From: Propionibacterium sp.
Lineage (GTDB): Bacteria > Actinomycetota > Actinomycetes > Propionibacteriales > Propionibacteriaceae
Reading direction: 5' to 3'
NCBI GenBank assembly: GCA_012839035.1
Contig: DUOB01000039.1
Location: 245 to 64,244 of the forward strand
Length of the DNA stretch: 64,000 nt
Both the position numbers and the translations under genes were made by a program. Positions within the stretch are counted from its first letter, which is position 1. Each line of letters begins with the position of its first letter. The notes below the pieces were generated by a model. That model saw nothing but the letters and a program-made list of their open reading frames with translations. It did not search any database and had not been told where the DNA came from. Shown one piece after another: positions 60,680-64,000 of this stretch.

Positions 60680-62266
60680 CTAGTCTGCGCGCGCCCCCAT
60701 CACCATGAGGACCCCCGGCAGCACCTCCGCCTCGAGCACGGAGCACGTGCCCTCAGTGTCCCCATCGACCTGATAGGCATCGACCCGATCGCTCTCGATG
60801 CGTACCCGCGAGCCCTGCAGCAAGTCCATCCGGTCATCATCGCCGCGACGCCGGGTGAGCACTTTTGCGGTCAGCCTGGCCCAGTCTGCCACGGTTCGGG
60901 GCGAGGCGATCATGACGTCGAGTTGACCGTCCATCGCGTCCGCGCCCGGGATGAGTTCGATGTTGCCGGTGACGACCCCGACGTTTCCGATCAGCACGAC
61001 CGCTGCCTTGCGCTTGAACGGGGGAGCGTTGTCGACGCTCACGGTCACGGGGAGCGCGGGATGATTGGCGTTCTGCGCGGCCGCCAGCAGGTAGGCGGCG
61101 GGACCCACCGTCCGTTTCAACTCCGGATTCGTGTGCTGCATGATCGCTGCATCGACTCCGATGCCGGCCATCACCCCGAACACATGGCTGTGCTCCCGCT
61201 CAGTGCCCGGGTCGATCGTCAGCTTCACCAGATCGGTCGGCCGTGGTTCTCCGTCGAAGGCCGTGCGCAGGGCGAGGGATTCATCGAGCGGTACGCCGAG
61301 ATTGCGCGCCAGCAGATTGCCCGTGCCCGCCGGCAGGAGCCCCAGGGGAATGCCGGAGCCGGCGAGCCCTTCGCACACGGCGCGGATGGTGCCGTCGCCG
61401 CCGGCGGTCAGCACCAGGTCGGCCTCCTGCTTCACCGCTAGCTCAGCCATTTGATAGCCAGGATCGCTGCGGGTCGTTTCCAGCCAGAGGGGTGGCTCCC
61501 AGCCTCTCTTGCGCAGTTCATATTCCACATGGCGTCGAAAGGTCGTGACGTCCAGGACCTTGGTCGGGTTGAAGATGACGACACATTGCTTCCCGGTCGG
61601 GCGCACGCTGGGCGGCAGCGCCAGCTCCCACGGCCGGTCCGGGAGGACGCGTACGCGGGCGACGACCAGGCAGGCGGCCGACACGGTCATCCCCAGCAGC
61701 ACCCCACCGATGAGATCGCTGACCCAATGGGCCTGCAGCACCCAGCGGCAGACCGCAACCGTGACAACCGCCGCGACGCCCAGCCCCAGCACGGACATCC
61801 GTGCCACCTTGGACTGCCGGGTCACGATGACCGCGGAGATCACCAGCACTGCGACCACGGTCGCCGTGGTGACATGTCCGGACGGGTACGCCCACCCCCG
61901 CCCCGTCGCCAACTCCAGGACCGCGTCCGGACGAGGCCTGGCGAAGACCGCCTTGACTGCGATGTGTGCACCCCAGCCGACGGGGACGGCCAGCCACAGC
62001 GCGTACGCCAGATTGCGCAGCCGTCGTCGGAAGGCCCACACGCCCACGATCGCCAACCCCGCATAGGGGACGCCCGGCCAGGTGACGATGGCGATGGCCG
62101 ACCAGATCTCCGCGGCCAACGACCCGGGCGCGAGCCCCTTGGCGACGGTTCGTCGATCGAGGTCGTCGAGGACCCCGCCGGTCACCAGCCACGTCCAGAC
62201 GACGAATGCCGCAGCCAGCCCGGCCGTGATCCACACGGAGAAGCGGCTGGGGCGTGAGGTCGGCAT
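60680..62266 (-). CDS. Fusion protein: N-terminal PAP2 lipid phosphatase domain + C-terminal diacylglycerol/lipid kinase catalytic domain
   Basis: PAP2 motifs ([18 protein letters not shown]) within 6 TM, then a DAGK_cat domain (VIFNPTK...[11 protein letters not shown]...[11 protein letters not shown]); 528 aa. Confidence 0.85.
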   Translation of the reverse strand: MPTSRPSRFSVWITAGLAAAFVVWTWLVTGGVLDDLDRRTVAKGLAPGSLAAEIWSAIAIVTWPGVPYAGLAIVGVWAFRRRLRNLAYALWLAVPVGWGAHIAVKAVFARPRPDAVLELATGRGWAYPSGHVTTATVVAVLVISAVIVTRQSKVARMSVLGLGVAAVVTVAVCRWVLQAHWVSDLIGGVLLGMTVSAACLVVARVRVLPDRPWELALPPSVRPTGKQCVVIFNPTKVLDVTTFRRHVEYELRKRGWEPPLWLETTRSDPGYQMAELAVKQEADLVLTAGGDGTIRAVCEGLAGSGIPLGLLPAGTGNLLARNLGVPLDESLALRTAFDGEPRPTDLVKLTIDPGTEREHSHVFGVMAGIGVDAAIMQHTNPELKRTVGPAAYLLAAAQNANHPALPVTVSVDNAPPFKRKAAVVLIGNVGVVTGNIELIPGADAMDGQLDVMIASPRTVADWARLTAKVLTRRRGDDDRMDLLQGSRVRIESDRVDAYQVDGDTEGTCSVLEAEVLPGVLMVMGARAD

Positions 62267-62289
62267 GGGCGCAGTCTAGGGTGGACCTT

Positions 62290-63567
62290 GTGATTGACCC
62301 GAAGCTGCTGCGCACCAACCCCGACGTGATCCGTGAGAGCCTGGCCGCCCGACAGGCCGACCCGAGCGTTGTGGACGAACTCCTCCAGGCCGATGAGGAT
62401 CGGCGCAGCTCGATCGCTGCCTTCGAGGCGCTGCGTGCGGAACAGAAGGGCATGGGCAAGGAGGTTGCTCGGGCCAAGGGCGATGAGAAGCAGACGTTGC
62501 TGGCCCGCACCAGGGACCTGGCCGCACAGGTGAAGGAGGCCGAGGCGGCGTCGAAGCAGGCCGACGTCGACTTCGAGGAGCTCCTGAAGACTATCCCGAA
62601 CCTCGTCATCGACGGTGTGCCGCACGGTGATGAGGAGGACTTCGAGATTCTCGAGATCATCGGGACCCCGCGCGATTTCGAGGCGGAGGGGTTCGAGCCC
62701 AGGGATCACCTGGAGCTCGGCGAGATCCTGGGCGCGATCGACGTGGAGCGCGGAGCGAAGGTGTCCGGCAGCCGCTTCTACTATCTGACGGGCCAGGGCG
62801 CGATGCTCGAGCTGGCGTTGATCAACCTGGCGATGAACAAGGCGCTGGAGTGGGGCTTCACGCCGATCCTGCCGCCGGCGCTGGTGAAGCCCTCGGCGAT
62901 GGAAGGCACCGGCTTCCTCGGCCAGGCGGCGCAGGACGTCTATTACCTGCCCGCGGACGATCTCTATCTGGTGGGCACCGCCGAGGTGCCGTTGGCGGCG
63001 TACCACTCCGACGAGATCCTCGACCCCGACACCCTCCCACGCCGCTATGCGGGCTATTCGCCCTGTTATCGCCGCGAGGCCGGCTCCTATGGCAAGGACA
63101 CGCGGGGGATCTTCCGGGTGCATTGGTTCGACAAGGTCGAGATGTTCGTTCATTGCGACCCCGCGGATGCGGTGGAGCAGCACCAGAAGCTGTTGGCGTG
63201 TGAGAAGGAGTTCGCGGATCTGCTCGAGCTGCCCTATCGGGTCATCGACGTGGCGGCCGGAGACCTCGGGCTCAGTGCGGCGCGCAAGTACGACTGTGAG
63301 GCGTGGATCCCGACCCAGGGCAAATATCGGGAGATCACCTCGACTTCCAACTGCACCGACTTCCAGGCTCGTCGCCTTGGGATTCGGGGGCGTTTCGAGG
63401 AGGGGGTACGCCCGGTCGCCACCCTCAACGGCACCCTCTGCGCGGTGCCCCGCATCATTATCGCGATCCTGGAGAACCACCAGCAGCCCGACGGCTCGGT
63501 GCGAATCCCGGAGGCCCTTCGGCCCTATCTCGGCGGTCGCGAATTCCTCACTCCGGTGAATGGATAA
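62290..63567 (+). CDS. serS: Seryl-tRNA synthetase
   Basis: [18 protein letters not shown]..., class II motifs ([32 protein letters not shown]). GTG at 62290 (62281 is an alternative). Confidence 0.96.
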   Translation: MIDPKLLRTNPDVIRESLAARQADPSVVDELLQADEDRRSSIAAFEALRAEQKGMGKEVARAKGDEKQTLLARTRDLAAQVKEAEAASKQADVDFEELLKTIPNLVIDGVPHGDEEDFEILEIIGTPRDFEAEGFEPRDHLELGEILGAIDVERGAKVSGSRFYYLTGQGAMLELALINLAMNKALEWGFTPILPPALVKPSAMEGTGFLGQAAQDVYYLPADDLYLVGTAEVPLAAYHSDEILDPDTLPRRYAGYSPCYRREAGSYGKDTRGIFRVHWFDKVEMFVHCDPADAVEQHQKLLACEKEFADLLELPYRVIDVAAGDLGLSAARKYDCEAWIPTQGKYREITSTSNCTDFQARRLGIRGRFEEGVRPVATLNGTLCAVPRIIIAILENHQQPDGSVRIPEALRPYLGGREFLTPVNG

Positions 63568-63577
63568 TCTCGCACCC

Positions 63578-64000
63578 ATGGCTTTCTCTGCGGCAGAACG
63601 CCTCCACGGAGGTGACCTCACCCCCGACTGGCAGCCACGGCTCGTTGCGCTCGACATCGACGGGACGCTGGTGGACCATGCCGGGGTGATGCCGGATTCC
63701 GTCTATGACTCCGTCCAACGGGTCCTCGCTGCGGGCAGTCACGTTGTGTTGAGCACCGGCCGCAGCTGGCACGCGACCAAGCCGATCTTCGACATGCTCG
63801 ACCTGCCGCCGGGTTATGCCGTCAGTTCGAACGGGGCGGTTGTGGTGACCTACCCGCCGGTGGACGTGATTCGTGAAGTCACGTTCGATCCGACCGATGT
63901 GCTGGACAGGGTCGAACACTTCGCGCCGCAGGCACTGGTTGCAACCGAGGAGGTCGGGGTCGGTTATCGGGTGTCGGACCTCTTCCCCGAAGGCGATCTG
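63578..64000 (+). CDS. Cof-type HAD-IIB phosphatase, 3'-truncated by the window edge
   Basis: Open frame from ATG 63578 to the window end (not in the track because it has no stop). Motif I ALDIDGTL, then STGRS and SSNGA. Confidence 0.75.
   Translation, partial: MAFSAAERLHGGDLTPDWQPRLVALDIDGTLVDHAGVMPDSVYDSVQRVLAAGSHVVLSTGRSWHATKPIFDMLDLPPGYAVSSNGAVVVTYPPVDVIREVTFDPTDVLDRVEHFAPQALVATEEVGVGYRVSDLFPEGDL

Overview
High-G+C, actinobacterial-type chromosomal segment built on the conserved transcription/translation backbone: rpoB-rpoC, then rpsL-rpsG-fusA-tuf, then rpsJ-rplC-rplD-rplW-rplB-rpsS-rplV-rpsC-rplP-rpmC-rpsQ. Blocks of accessory genes interrupt this backbone. Upstream of rpoB lie a truncated MazF-like ORF, an ArsR-family regulator divergent from a very G+C-rich family-5 (peptide/nickel) ABC importer, and a 671-nt non-coding stretch. 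These are followed by a DMT/EamA-type membrane protein leading a urease operon with a fused gamma-beta gene (ureAB-C-E-F-G-D), and a Cys-rich VWA lipoprotein. Between rpoC and rpsL lie a P450, an alpha/beta hydrolase, and a histidine kinase/response regulator pair preceded by a small membrane protein with a 30-residue Asp-rich tail. That block continues with a class I PHA synthase, TrmL, an RluA-family synthase, RpiB and an MFS pump. Between tuf and rpsJ lie an LLM oxidoreductase and a large-subunit catalase followed by four translationally coupled genes (GT2, ACAD-like, PIG-L deacetylase, NodS-like methyltransferase). The same block holds a class I aldolase, treY-ppk2, a GalT-like protein and galE. 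After rpsQ come a TM2 protein with a Q/Y-rich head, pheA, an MHS transporter, ogt, a PAP2-DAGK fusion, serS and a truncated HAD phosphatase. I found no rRNA, tRNA, CRISPR, transposase or integrase. The candidates most worth follow-up are four. (1) The transporter-urease block, bracketed by two copies of a 60-nt hairpin repeat. (2) The katE-linked GT2/ACAD/PIG-L/NodS-like cluster. (3) The poly-Asp protein coupled to a two-component system. (4) A tandem duplication of the tuf 3' end. All functional calls come from reading the translated ORFs by eye; no database search was possible.
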